A stretch of DNA of 63,207 bases, counting the filler, from Saprolegnia diclina VS20 (Eukaryota), in assembly GCF_000281045.1 (NCBI RefSeq). It is 8 parts of 3 records of this genome, joined end to end, with 100 filler letters (N's around TTAATTAATTAA, not from the genome) between each part and the next. Parts side by side here need not be neighbours in the genome. Positions count along the whole stretch, not along the records: positions 20,965 to 43,355 come from NW_008246083.1; 7 more parts are not named here. One strand, given 5' to 3'. Positions 21,422-33,624 of the stretch are shown here, one piece after another. Made by a program: the position numbers and the translations under genes. How positions within the stretch are numbered: the stretch's first letter is position 1; each line of letters starts with the position of its first letter. The notes under the pieces are model-generated. The model saw nothing but the letters and a program-made list of their open reading frames with translations. It was not told where the DNA came from and ran no database searches.

Positions 21422-24400
21422 TCACGACGTCGCTTCGCAGAGCCTATAGAGGCCGTACGCGACTGCAAACCAAAAGAGACTCATCGCCACGTCCCACGGC
21501 GACCCGAGAAGCAGTCGCATCGCCGACCGGGCTGCAGCTTTGGGCTCCAGAAACACGAGGTACTCGACGCGCACGCCGCGTTGGTCGGTCAGCACATAGT
21601 ACTTGGCGTCCGGCGTCGTGCCTGGCAGCGTCGTGAGCCGGTCGCGGTCCGTGAGCACTTGACAGACCGCAACGCAAATCGCATCGTTCGAGAGGATTTG
21701 GCTACAATCACATTCGTATCACTGAGACCAAGGACATGGCGTCTACCTGCGTGTCCACTGCTGGCTTGGCGTGCCGTAGGCAAAGTTCATGGCGACCTGC
21801 GCGCTCTGCGCAAAGTAGATGCCATCTCCAAACACGTTGCCAGAGCTCATGTGGCGCGTGCCACTCATGACGTGGAGGCCGTTCTGCAGGATCGAGTGAA
21901 AATGTACGAGCTTGCTGCCGTGAAAGCACTCTACACAGCGCACGCTCGAGCACAAGGCAGTCGAGAAGCATCATCGTACGCGCCACGCCGTGCTGCGCCG
22001 CCATCTCGTCAAACCACGGATCGTGGCTCTGGTGGACTTTGGCCACGAGCGCAATGTCCAGATCCCCATTCGCTATATGTGAGCCCATGAGCGTAGTCAC
22101 TCGTGAAGCGGTGGCGCACCGAGGCAAAGCGACGCTGGCAGCGCGTCTTTGGTCACCTACACAAGCACACCTACAGCACCTGAACAACAGCCTACACGGA
22201 GCTACCAGTGATAGCGAGACGGGAAGCCGGCACCAGAGCCAATCGAGGAGAGCAAGTGTCGGGCGGGACAAGGTCGGTGCGCGGCCGCGTCAAGGCCACA
22301 ATATCAACTTGATACATGCAAACGATCGTCATGGTATAGGATATCATCAAGGTTGGCGCGTTGGAGCTCGGGAAGCGATGGCACCTCGGACAACGTGTCC
22401 TTCTAGGCATCGTGAGGACTCTAAACCCAGCGAGGGGGATGCACCAGCGTGGCGAGGTGCATTTCGCCGTTGGGCTGCTTGAACATTGGCGGAGGTGGCG
22501 AGAGGCGGTTCGGACTCGTGGCCGCGGTTGCCAAGAGGCACAGCATGACGTCGCACGTAGCGGGCTGTGACGTGAGCCGCGCGGTGACACGGGCGATGGC
22601 CTTGGCGCGTCGCTCGTCGTTGCCGACGTCGGCGCGGACGTCGAGCACCGCTTGTTCGACGGCGTGCACAAACTGCAGCGCCAGGAACGGCGTCGACAGC
22701 TTGTCGTTGAGGATCGCGACTGCTGACGTGGCGGCCTACAAGAAAAGTAGCGTTGACATGCCGACGCACCAGGGCAGCGGCACCTCGGAGGCATCGTCGT
22801 TGGACGCGTAGCAATAGACAGTCTCGTCGGCCGCTATTTGCTATGTGAGTCAAATACTCGCCACATCCCATGCGACCTGGAAGGAAGAAGGCGAGGTCGT
22901 GCAGGTCGGGCAAGGCGTCGGCAACAGGTGCAAAGTTGACGGTCAATGTCAGCGTCGAGGCCTCGGCTGTCCATGCAGCGCGCTCCAAGCAGGCGGGCAC
23001 GGTCAAATGGAGGTGCGAGGCTTCGATGATCGAGCTGTCCCAGTCCCCGCGCCGGCTCCGGCGGCAGTTGATGAGCGCCAGCACGAAGCTCACCTCGTTC
23101 NNNNNNNNNNNNNNNNNNNNNNNNNNNNNNNNNNNNNNNNNNNNNNNNNNNNNNNNNNNNNNNNNNNNNNNNNNNNNNNNNNNNNNNNNNNNNNNNNNNN
23201 NNNNNNNNNNNNNNNNNNNNNNNNNNNNNNNNNNNNNNNNNNNNNNNNNNNNNNNNNNNNNNNNNNNNNNNNNNNNNNNNNNNNNNNNNNNNNNNNNNNN
23301 NNNNNNNNNNNNNNNNNNNNNNNNNNNNNNNNNNNNNNNNNNNNNNNNNNNNNNNNNNNNNNNNNNNNNNNNNNNNNNNNNNNNNNNNNNNNNNNNNNNN
23401 NNNNNNNNNNNNNNNNNNNNNNNNNNNNNNNNNNNNNNNNNNNNNNNNNNNNNNNNNNNNNNNNNNNNNNNNNNNNNNNNNNNNNNNNNNNNNNNNNNNN
23501 NNNNNNNNNNNNNNNNNNNNNNNNNNNNNNNNNNNNNNNNNNNNNNNNNNNNNNNNNNNNNNNNNNNNNNNNNNNNNNNNNNNNNNNNNNNNNNNNNNNN
23601 NNNNNNNNNNNNNNNNNNNNNNNNNNNNNNNNNNNNNNNNNNNNNNNNNNNNNNNNNNNNNNNNNNNNNNNNNNNNNNNNNNNNNNNNNNNNNNNNNNNN
23701 NNNNNNNNNNNNNNNNNNNNNNNNNNNNNNNNNNNNNNNNNNNNNNNNNNNNNNNNNNNNNNNNNNNNNNNNNNNNNNNNNNNNNNNNNNNNNNNNNNNN
23801 NNNNNNNNNNNNNNNNNNNNNNNNNNNNNNNNNNNNNNNNNNNNNNNNNNGCCTCCGCTCGGTTGAGTTTTTTCTGCAGGCTCACCTTGGCTTGCGCTAG
23901 GTTGGCCATGCGCGCGCGGGTCGTCTCCGGCGAGAGGAGGCAAAAAGGCACGCAACTCGACGCATCTGCTCGTTCGATCTTGGACGCGTTGCGCGCGACG
24001 ACCCGTGTCTTGATATCAACGAGCATGTGCCTGCATCCCTGGCACTGGGGCACGTTCGTCGACATTGCCTTGACGAGCTTCCACTTGGTGCACGTCGCGT
24101 GGCGCATTTGGTTGGACCCGGACACAAGATACGTCTCGTCATTGGCGAAGAAGCGGAAGCGCTCGAGCGTATCGACCCCGACGTCGTCCGCACAAACGCC
24201 GGGGCATATAAAGAACGACCGAGACCCGACCGAGACAGACCCCATTGGGATTGAGAAGGTATCAGCAATCGTGGCGAGGACGTCTATCGCATCTGATTGG
24301 TCGTCTTTGATCAACGGCAGCTCTTGAAGGATCCCGTCGCGCACGGTTGCCGCGAAGCTCGTCGCAGACCCAAAGAGAGACGTGGACGCTGCGGGGCCGT

Positions 24401-25781
24401 CCACGACATCCGTGAGCTCCGCTGCGGCATCGAACTTCAAGCGCCCCAAGTGACGGGCCCAATTGTGCTGGATCGCGCGGCACTTGACGCACCGAATACC
24501 CGCGATCTTGTCGTCCAGCATAATCGGACACTCCTTGTGCCGCCACGCCTTCAATGCGAAACCGTACATCTTGAAGACTATTTCGGGCTTTTCGAGCGGA
24601 ATTTCTTCCCTCACGCCGACACAGATTCGAGGCGCCTTTGGCGACGAGGTGAGCGTGGACTCGGGCACAAGCGGCGGCGCGGACTCGGCCACAAGCGGCG
24701 GCGCGGACTCGGGCTCACGCGGCGGCGCGGACTCGGGCTCACGCGGCGGCGCGGACTCGGGCTCAAGCGGCGGCGCGGACTCGGGCTCACGTGGCGGCGC
24801 GGACTCGGCCACAAGCGGCGCCATGGTCTCGAGCTCAAGCTGCTGTTGAGACTGTGCCTTCTTCCGCTTTTTCTCCGCACAGGTAGGGCACAAACCGTCA
24901 CGGTCACGACTTCCTTTGCCGGTCTTTTTGCATTTCTTTGGACACGTACTGCACTTGTAACGGTCTTTGACAGGCGTCTTGGGATACGTTAAGCTCTCGT
25001 CGCGATCTTTGGCCGGTGTCGCCCACATGTCACGGCGTTCACGAAGAATGAGAGGCTCGAATCGCCGATTCAAATATGTTGACTAAATACACGCATCCAG
25101 AATTTGTCGTAGCGATGAAAATGGGGGGGTGTGGGAGCTCTGTTGGGAACGAAACTTCGTACACACATCCACGACTATGTGTTTGAAGTGCGTGCAAAGT
25201 CTCGTTTTGGGACGGACTCTCGGTCACCCCCATTCTCACGTTTACGAGTCCATTTTGTCCAAAATCATAGTATTTGTTGTCTTTGGCAACGTAAATGGGG
25301 GGGTGTGGGAGCTCTGTTGGGAACGAAACTTCGCACACACATCCACGACTATGTGTTAGAAGTGCGTGCAAAGTCTCGTTTTGGGACGGACTCTCGGTCA
25401 CCCTCATATTTATGTTTGTGTATCCGAGGCCAGGTCAACTTGGCACTATTTGCTGACATACGTAGCATGTAGTAACTCATTTCGCGCGTTTAGAAGCCTT
25501 ATCGATACGATAAATGCTTGTTCACGCATAAGCTATCTTCGTGCGCCGTGAAAAGCTATGTTCTAAGCGCTGCATGCACGTAGACCCATGCAGCGATCCG
25601 CGGCGCCCAGTCCATTTTAATGAAAATGCTCCAAATAATCATTATCCGGATGAGGCATTCGGCGCTGGCGCTTCCTCAGGCATTTGTATTGGACTTCGCT
25701 GGGCGCTCTGCCGTAATTTTTTTAATTAAATATGGGTCGTGATACACCCTCTTTTTTATTGACCCATGCCTCGTTCTCCAT
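21422..25781 (-). CDS. PARP16-like tail-anchored mono-ADP-ribosyltransferase, interrupted by a transposon in codon 5
   Basis: FHGSKLVHFHSILQNGL, FGDGIYFA, KYYVLTD..VRVEYL (H-Y-Y triad), C-terminal TM. ATG at 25781 joins in frame to 23092 when the TE and one TSD copy are removed (MENEVSFVLALIN). Confidence 0.75.
23851..25028 (-). CDS. Putative transposase N-terminal region (Zn-binding motifs plus coiled coil), truncated by gap
   Basis: CxxC..CxxC at the N-terminus, two H-x2-C...C-x2-C modules, then PFCLLSPETTRARMANLAQAKVSLQKKLNR coiled coil. Catalytic core not visible. Confidence 0.55.
24657..24822 (-). repeat. 24-bp coding tandem repeat, about 7 units (ESAPPREP/ESAPPLVA)
   Basis: GCGGACTCGGGCTCACGCGGCGGC-like units read directly. 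Confidence 0.9.
25119..25403. repeat. About 110-bp direct repeat, two copies, period about 174 bp
   Basis: AAATGGGGGGGTGTGGGAGCTC...CTCTCGGTCACCC at about 25119-25229 and 25293-25403, with few mismatches. Confidence 0.9.
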
Positions 25782-25963
25782 GCGAGCAAAAGTTTGATTA
25801 TGACACGGACGCTGCTGATTGGCTATGCCATTTGGCATTTTGGCCAATCCCTGATCGTGACGTTTCGTGGCCACAGCATTGTCTATATTTGAAGCGACAA
25901 TAGACGGACGCCAACATTGGGCACGATATCTACAGTGTTAAATACGCCTCCACGGTGACCACA

Positions 25964-27708
25964 CTAGACGATCGAGTGGTTCCGGCGGAGGCGCAGCATG
26001 TCGCTCTCGGTCAGCATCGGGCTGGCTTGGTGGTGGTACGTGAACGAAAAGCCGTAAAACTCGTCTTCGACGCTCGTACTCGACGTCTCCTACGCACCAG
26101 TAGTGAGCGACTTGCATCGTTTGCAGCAGCTACCTCGTTGCCAAGGTTGGGCACCGCGTCCTTGGTGAACTCCTTGTCAAAGTTCTGGAGGTCCGTCGGG
26201 CTCTGCAGGCGCGGCTTGAACGGCGGTTTGAGCCGCTTCTCTTCCAGCGCTTTCCAGTCAAGGCCCTGGAAGAACGGGTGGGCCTTGAGTGCCGGGGCTT
26301 GCAGTCGCTTGGCGGGGTCCCTACACCATCCATGAGCCTCGGCAGCATCCTCATGAAATACCGTTCGAGGAGGCCGCGGATGAGCGACTTGGCCGACGAC
26401 GAGATGCCAAAGCGCGCGGGGAAGGCCAGCGGGGCAATCAGAATGTTTTCGCACATCTTTTGCACGTCGCGGTCAAAGAACGGCGGCCAGCCCGTGAGCA
26501 TCTCGTAGAGGAGCGTGCCCAGGCTCCACCAGTCGATCGCGCTGCCGTACATCGACTTGTGCTTGCGACTCAGGAGCATCTCGGGCGCGAGGTACTCGGG
26601 CGTACCGCAAAACGTGCGCGCGCCGGACGTACTCGTGACCTGCTTCTTGGAGAGGCCAAAGTCGGTGAGGCGCAGATGGCCTTCGGCGTCGAGGAGGACG
26701 TTCTCGGGCTTGAGGTCGCGGTACACAATGTTCTTCGAATGCAAATAGCCGAGCGCCGAGATAAGCTCGGCTGCGTAGAAGCGCACCATGGACTCGGAGA
26801 AGGCGCGGAATTTCTTGAGATGAAAGAAGATCTCGCCGCCGCAGCAGTAGTCCGAGACCATGAAGAGCGTCGAGTCCGTCTGGAACGAGCAGCGCAGGGC
26901 GACGATGAACGGGTGCTTGAGCGCGCTCATGACTTCTCGCTCCGTCATCGTGTGGTCCACTTGGTGGCGCTGGATGAGCTCCGTCTTCTTGAGCACCTTC
27001 ATCGCATACAGCGTGTTGTTGTCGTCGCGCGTACGGACAAGGTACACCTTGCCGAACGACCCTTTCCCGAGCACCTTGAGGATCTCAAAGTCGGCGACCG
27101 ACCACTTGCGATTCGGGTCGAACGACGTGTCCAAGTACAAGTCGATGGGCGGCGTGACCACATCCAGCGCTGCGTGCTGGGTCGTAAAGGTCGAGCCGGC
27201 CTCGGACGTGGGCGTGCGTCCAGCCGGGTCTGCAAGCCGATCCAAATATGAGTCCTATTGCAAGATAGAGCAATGGTCGCACCGTTCATGGAATTCTCGT
27301 CCGCGTTGGGCGCAAGGAACGGCGTGAGCTCGTGCGGGCGCGGGCGCATGGCCAAGAGGCTCTGGACATAGCTACACGACAGCATGAGCATTCGGCGACC
27401 GCCGCAAAGAGCGCGTACCTTTCGAGGCCAAGCCGTCGCTGCTCAATGACACGCAGCGAGAGCGACGAGAAGAAGCGCTTGGGCGGGAACGGCAGGTTGC
27501 GCACGGACGCGTAGCGCTTGCAGAGCCCGAGGTGGAGGTCGCGGAATTGGCTGTAGCGCTTGGCGAGCGACCACGACGCGCTGCGGCCCTGCACGGTGAT
27601 CTGGAAGCTCGTGAAGCGCTGGCCGCCACCGCGGGCGGTCTGGTTCTCGAGCTGCGAGTTCCACGTCGGGATCCGCGCCGTCACGACGTCGAGGACGGAC
27701 CAGGCCAT
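25964..27708 (-). CDS. PX-domain AGC family Ser/Thr kinase (SGK3/CISK-like architecture)
   Basis: PX motif KRYSQFRDLH..LPFPPKRFF; GKGSFGKV, YRDLKPEN, DFGLSK, TFCGTPEYLAPE; hydrophobic motif FYGFSF. Confidence 0.9.
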
Positions 27709-28746
27709 GATGGCAAATGCTGCAATGCACCCCATTTTATTTCGCTGCGGCGCCTCTATCACTTTGTATGTAATTTAATCTGCCCCGTCGAAACTGCGTT
27801 TTATCGCGTTAAAGCTCCGCCGTAACGTTCCGCAGAACAAGGTAAACGCGGCTTGCCGGCGAGTCGAGACCACCACCGCCACGATGGACGGTGAACGCGC
27901 GACGGCTGCGAGCGCCGTCCGCAGGCGGTGCCAAGGCCAGTGAGTGGCGACCCTTGCACCTCGCATGTTACTGCCTTGGCGACCGAGTGTAATGCTCGGC
28001 TCGTTTCGCGGGTCTGGGAGCAGCTCTGGCGACAGGCCACATAGTGGGTCCGCTGAAGCCTGCATTTGAACGATCGTATTGAGGTCGAGTCCACGGATGA
28101 CTGGCGTCGGCGGTGACAGCGGCGCCAAGAGCCAGGAGCCAGCGCGTACTAGTAGCCTGCGTCGACTGGCGTAGCTGACCACCACGTCATCGGTCGCGCG
28201 CCTCTCGGTGCTCTTCTCTTCGCCTCTTCGTCATCATCGTCCCAGCATTTTGCTCACTGTCGCGTCAAACGGTGCTGACGTGTGGTGCTGCCAGCTCAAG
28301 TTGCGTGATCCTCGTACGAGTTGCTTATGCCACTTCATAAACACGCAACTGTATTTCCAACCCCATGTGTTGCAGCCGGTCGCACGCGGCCTGGTGCCGG
28401 TACGTGAAGGCCATGCATGGCGACGCTTCTGTGCTGCAGTGTGTACGCGTCGCACACAGTAGAGCCGCTCTTGGCGTGATTCCATCGCTGGTGCTGTGCT
28501 ACCGGCTAAACGCACGCCCATTTACAGCGCCGATCGGTCTCGCAACCGCTCGAATCCACGGCAGCTACTGCGTGATACATTTTATATTGGACTCGAGCAA
28601 TGACCTCTGCATGCATGTGCTCGCAGCATGTGCTCGCAGGGCCGACGCCGGCGTCGTTCGACCGCGGCGAAAAGTTGGGTGCGATCAGCCAATATTCGTT
28701 TGGACGAACCACAGCGAAGAATATATTTCGTACCAAGGCAAGTGGC

Positions 28747-29055
28747 ATGGACCGATCCAAGACGCTGGCGCTGTACCGCGGGATCCTGCGGCTCCACCGA
28801 CAGAAGCTCGAGCCCGTCATGCGCGTCCTTGGCGACCGCTACGTGCGCGACGAGTTCAAGCTGCACAAGACGGCCAAGCCCGAGTTTGTCAAGGGTTTCC
28901 TCGCCGAGTGGGAGTCCTACCACGCGATGCTCTCCAAGCAAGAGACGCTCTTTGGCCAGGACCTCAGCGCCGAGCACCGCAAGCTTCTCGACGACCAGCA
29001 AAAGCAAAAGCTCGACGAGCTTCGCGTCGCGGCCACCAAGGCCCACGATCCGTAG
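28747..29055 (+). CDS. SDHAF3: Succinate dehydrogenase assembly factor 3 (ACN9/LYR family)
   Basis: LYRGILRLHRQKL..MRVLGDRYVRDEFKLHK...FLAEWESY. Confidence 0.88.
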   Translation: MDRSKTLALYRGILRLHRQKLEPVMRVLGDRYVRDEFKLHKTAKPEFVKGFLAEWESYHAMLSKQETLFGQDLSAEHRKLLDDQQKQKLDELRVAATKAHDP

Positions 29056-29101
29056 TCGCCATCCACACGACTCAGTATATTCCACCTTCTTGAAGCTCAT
29101 C

Positions 29102-31086
29102 TTAGGCAGTAATCAACTGCTGCGCTGGCTGGTGAAACCAATCGTTGATCGCAGCCAGTAGCGCCGGCAGGTGCGTTGTGAGGATAGCTTCGGCCTGCGC
29201 CTGGAGCTGCTGTACACGGGGCGCCCACTGCGACGCATCGCACGCGTGGAGTTCGGCGACTTGGGCAAGGACAGCTACAAAGCGCTCAACTCTGAGCCAT
29301 GATGGCGCAATGTACCTTGGTGCTGCGTGGCCATAGCGGTCGCAGTTGCCTTCTGGGCCTCGAGCGCTGTCAGACTACGACGTGTGCATGAGAGGCACCG
29401 CTAAGCAGCCATGTCTACATGTGCTGCAGGTGGGCGTAGAGGCGTAGCTGGGTCTCGCCATCGAAAGCGCGGAGAAGCTGGTGGACATTGCCGTAGTCGG
29501 GCACGTCGAGGCTCTGCGCAAGGCGGTAGAGTGCGTCGTGCGGGTCACTGATCTTGGCCACAAACGGCGTAGGGTGCGACGGGAAGACTGCCGCCGAGCG
29601 CTCTTCATGGCCGAGCGCATGTAGCTGCTGCTCGAGTGGCGCGACTTGGCCCTACACGCGGCCAAAATGAAAGATTGAAAGATTGAAAGATTGATAGAGC
29701 GTAGTACGAAGTACGGCGATAGAATGTTGGCGTGCACTGCGACCAAGAGCTGGTTGTGCTGGTCCAAAATATGCAGCACGAGGGCTCGGTTGCGCTGAAA
29801 CGCAGTCGAGATCGCACGCGTCGTCGCCTCGAAGCGGCTTGTGAACGCCGTGATCTCGTGCACTTGGTTCTGGATGTGGGTGTTGAGCGTTTGCTTCGCG
29901 GATATCGCCGCCTCGACCTCTTGCTCGTACTGCACTACGACAGCGTAGACGGCTGTGGCGACGACGTGGGCCTCGTCCGCTTCCAGATACGCGCGCAGCG
30001 AAGGCTAGAGGTGCGTGCTGGATTCGCTGCGTTTGAAATGTTGGTACCGAGAGGGGGGTTGGGAATCGAGGTAGCGCGGACGGCGGGTACTGCTTTTCCG
30101 TCTATATAACGACGCGTCGTTTGTTGCGAGAGCGTAGGAAGCGACGTACTGCTTGGCGTAGCTTCATGGTTTGCACAAACTGAGCAATGTGGTGTTGCTG
30201 TCGCTCCTGGAGAAGGGCGCGCACGGACGTGAGCGTATCGATCTTTCTGGTCGGCTCGGGTCGTTGGGCATCGACAGATGCTGTGGGAAGCGTTGCTGGC
30301 GGCTGCTGCTGGAGCGCGTGGACGATGTCGAGTCCGCTGCAGACCCGAAAGACCTTCTATGAGCTCGTTGCCTTGAGTCATCTCCAGTGGGGCGAGCTAG
30401 GATACCTCGACGAGGTTGGTCACAGGCGGATCGATCTGGTCGCGCTGCGTGGCACAGTCGTGCTGCAGCGTATCCAAGGCAGTATCGACCATCTCTCGGG
30501 TCGCCTTTTGCATCGGCGAGAACCGCGGCAACAAGCGCTGCTTCATGTCGGCCACCGTGGCCACGTGCGCGGCTTGGTTGCACTGCAACGCATGGGCTTG
30601 TCCGTGCAGGAGCACTTGGCTGCGCTGGCGCTGGCGTACCGTCTCTGCAAACACATGCGTGTCGTGCTCCATGGTTGAGAGAGCGGCGAGCTCCTTCTGG
30701 TTCTCGGAACGCATGTTGGCCAGCGTACGCTCCAGGAAAGCTTTCTTCTCCTTCAAGGCAACGCACGCGTCGCGCTTCCGCTGGCGCTCGGCCCTACAAC
30801 CGCAGCAAGCATGTCAGCATCTACGAGCAAGGCAGGCTTGGTCGCACACAGCACTCGTGGCTTCGTGGCGGGCAACGCGGACGTTGCGCCGGTACAACTC
30901 CATGGTCGCGGGCGCGTGGACGTTGAGCGCTACCCAGTGCCACACAGGCTCGAGCGAGCCGCGCATGAGCGAGTCCACATCCTTGGGCTCGAGCGGCCCT
31001 GCGCCAGCGAAGCGCCCTTGCGGCACGTACCCAAGGCGGTCGACGGCCTCGAGAAAGGACCGGTTCCGCTCCTGCCGGGCGGACAT
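29102..31086 (-). CDS. HAUS augmin complex subunit 5-like coiled-coil protein, multi-exon
   Basis: N-terminal LGY...DSLMRGSLEPVWHWVALNV...YRRNV and C-terminal DWFHQPA resemble HAUS5 motifs; coiled coils between. Confidence 0.6.
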
Positions 31087-31342
31087 GGCCGGGATTTTGA
31101 ATTATGCGGATGATCCGGTTAACCACAACAAGGCCAACAAAAGCGTTGAAGCGCCGCTTCTCGAGCTCAAGGCGATCGCATATTAGCATGAACCCGAGCG
31201 GATGATCTTGTGCAGGTAGAGTAATCGTCCGCTTCTATATGTCACTTGGTATATGTCATACGCAAAGTCTGGCATTCTGTAACTAGTTAAAATATAGGTC
31301 GGAGAAGTGGGGTTAGGCATGCAGGCCATGCAGCTGTGCTTG

Positions 31343-33203
31343 CTACTCGGCCTGGAGCCACTTGGAGAGCAGCTCCATGGCGGTCCATAGATTCGGGCAC
31401 ACGGAGCGGATGAAGCCTTCGCGGTCGTTGACGCCATACTCGCCCTAGCCGTAACATGGTCATTTCGTCGTCGAAGTCTGTGTCGATAGCAGAAGCAAAG
31501 ACGACAATGTACCTCGCTGCCAATGACATACATGGCAATCTCGCCCTTGAAGTCCACAAACGCAATTCGGGCGTAGAGCTCGTGGGCCGCGCGGCCAAAG
31601 TACGAACCGGGCAGAATGGCCACCCCTACCCCCCAGCGCACATGTCGCATCAGCCTGGACAGCATGTTCGTACCGGTATCGGCCAAGAGGCGTTCGCACA
31701 TTTCGACGTCCGTGACGATGTTGCGTGCGGCGAGCTTCTGTCGGTAGTTGCGGAAGCACGGGAAGACGTGGAAGCCGCCTTGGGGCGGGTGCACGAGGAT
31801 GTTCATCTTGAGGAGCTGGTACGTGCACCACTCAGCCACGAGCTGCAACGTGCGGCGGCACTTTTGCTTGTACGCGCTGAGCTCGGGACAGTTGGGCACA
31901 AAGGCGCGCCGCGCCGCGTACTGGATCGGTGACGCGACCGACGTGTACGTCTCGGAGGCCATGACGAGCATGCTCTGGCGCAACCAGTTGAGGCTAGCGC
32001 TAAAGAGCCAAAAGCCCACACGCCACCCGCCAGCGCCGCACCATTTACTCAAGCCGCCCGACACGATCGTGCCTTCCGGGTAGTACCTGTTCCATTTCTC
32101 AAGTTGCAATATTGCATCAGAAGCGACGTACTTGGAGATGGAAATGTGTGGCTCGTACGTCAGGTCCGAGTAGATTTCGTCCGAGACGACCAGCATCCGG
32201 TACTTCTTGGCGAGCACCGCAATGGCTTGCAGCTACCAACACGTCAGACAAGTCGCGGGACGCGACGTACGTCCGAGTCCGAGTACGAGCAGCCGGTTGG
32301 GTTGGATGGCGAGTTGAGGATGAGAATGCGGGGTGCGTCTATCCGGCGTCAGATACCGCACAGGGAACGGGACTGCGTACAAGGGTCCATGGCACACTGC
32401 GCTTCCAATACGGACGGTCGGAGCACCCAGCGGTCTTCGGCGTAAGTCGGCAGCCAAATCATGTTGCTACAAAATTTCATAAGGCGATAAGATCGTAGAT
32501 GTTTGTACCGGCCAGCAATGTTGGCTTGGGGAGCGTAGCTCGTGCAGCTAGGGCTCGGCAGGAGGAGATCGCCATAGTAGACCGTCTGGAGCACAAACAG
32601 GAGCTCCTTTGTTCCTGGTCCGACGAGGACATCGTCCTTGGAGTAGGGCAGCTTGAGCGTCTCGGTGGCCCACGTGGCAATGTCCTGTCGCAGCTCGGCG
32701 AGCCCGGCCACGGGCAGGTAGTCGCGCTGGTGTGCGTTGGCCCTAATCTCGCCGATGAACTATGACGACAAGAGCGCTTGTTGCACCTACTTGAGCTCGT
32801 CAACGATGCAGTCGGGCACGGGAAACGGCGACTGCCCGAGGCCAAGCTTGAAGACGGGTCGGCCAGCACGGACCATTTCGTTGCTGAGCTCGTCAATGGC
32901 GCTCGAGGCCGCGGTTTGCATCGTGCGCACCTTGCAATTGATGACCTTGTACGGGCCCTTGACGACTTCGGGGACGGTGGGCAAGGCCATCGCGGGCGGC
33001 GGCGCTGGCTCCTCGCTCTCTGTCTTGGGCGATGCGTCCTTGCTCGTCATCGCATGCACGCGGCGCTGCAGTGTGCTGCGCACGACCGCATACTTCTTGG
33101 TCGCGTGGCGGATCGACATGTGGCCGTACACCACCGCGTGCACTGCATCCAGCATGTTCTGGTCGTCGGCCTTGGCGGCCTTGGCCGCTGCGTCCACCGT
33201 CAT
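31343..33203 (-). CDS. Class I/II PLP aminotransferase with N-terminal pipsqueak-like HTH
   Basis: LGLGQSPFPVP, YLPVAGLAELR, VGPGTKELL, SDEIYSDL, GGLSKWCGAGGWRVGF; HTH MLDAVHAVVYGHMSIRHATKKYAVVRSTLQRRV in the same exon. Confidence 0.85.
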
Positions 33204-33624
33204 GCTCGACGACGTTCGGATGATCTTTGGGCCCGGCCCACTCGAAGTATTGTGCCCGCGTCAGGCGCGCCAGCGGGCGAAGTTCCTGCCTTCGAACTTC
33301 GATGCGTAGGCTCGACAGGCCAAGTGGAGTTCGCGGGACGCCGGCGCCGCGACGTTGCCGCATGCAGACAATGTCTCGATCCTTCGATCGTGTTCGCTTG
33401 GTCGAGCATGTAGTCACTACTGTCTCTAGTCGATTATGTAGTAGTATTATCGCATTGGTGCATCGTCTCCAACCAGGCTCAACGTTCAAAGGACGCGCCA
33501 CCATGCCCCTGCCATCCCATCTTCTCTGCAGTCCATGATGACCTACGTCGCAGCTGTATGCATGTACAGTACAACGATCGTTGCAACGGGACAGCGCCAG
33601 TGACGTTATATAGATAGGGCTAGG

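Larger units (their letters stand above)
23101..25768 (-). mobile_element. P-superfamily-like DNA transposon with 8-bp TSD; one end lies in the gap
   Basis: CCTCGTTC at 23093-23100 and 25769-25776; visible end reads CATGGGTCAATAAAAAAGAGG on the minus strand; subterminal direct repeats; Cys-rich ORF. Confidence 0.7.

Noticed and set aside
22347..25073. 908-aa ORF and other ORFs spanning N runs
   Set aside because: Artefacts of translating through gaps; this one joins TE sequence to PARP gene sequence.
29669..29697. GAAAGATT short tandem repeat
   Set aside because: Small, probably intronic microsatellite-like slippage; no evidence of function.
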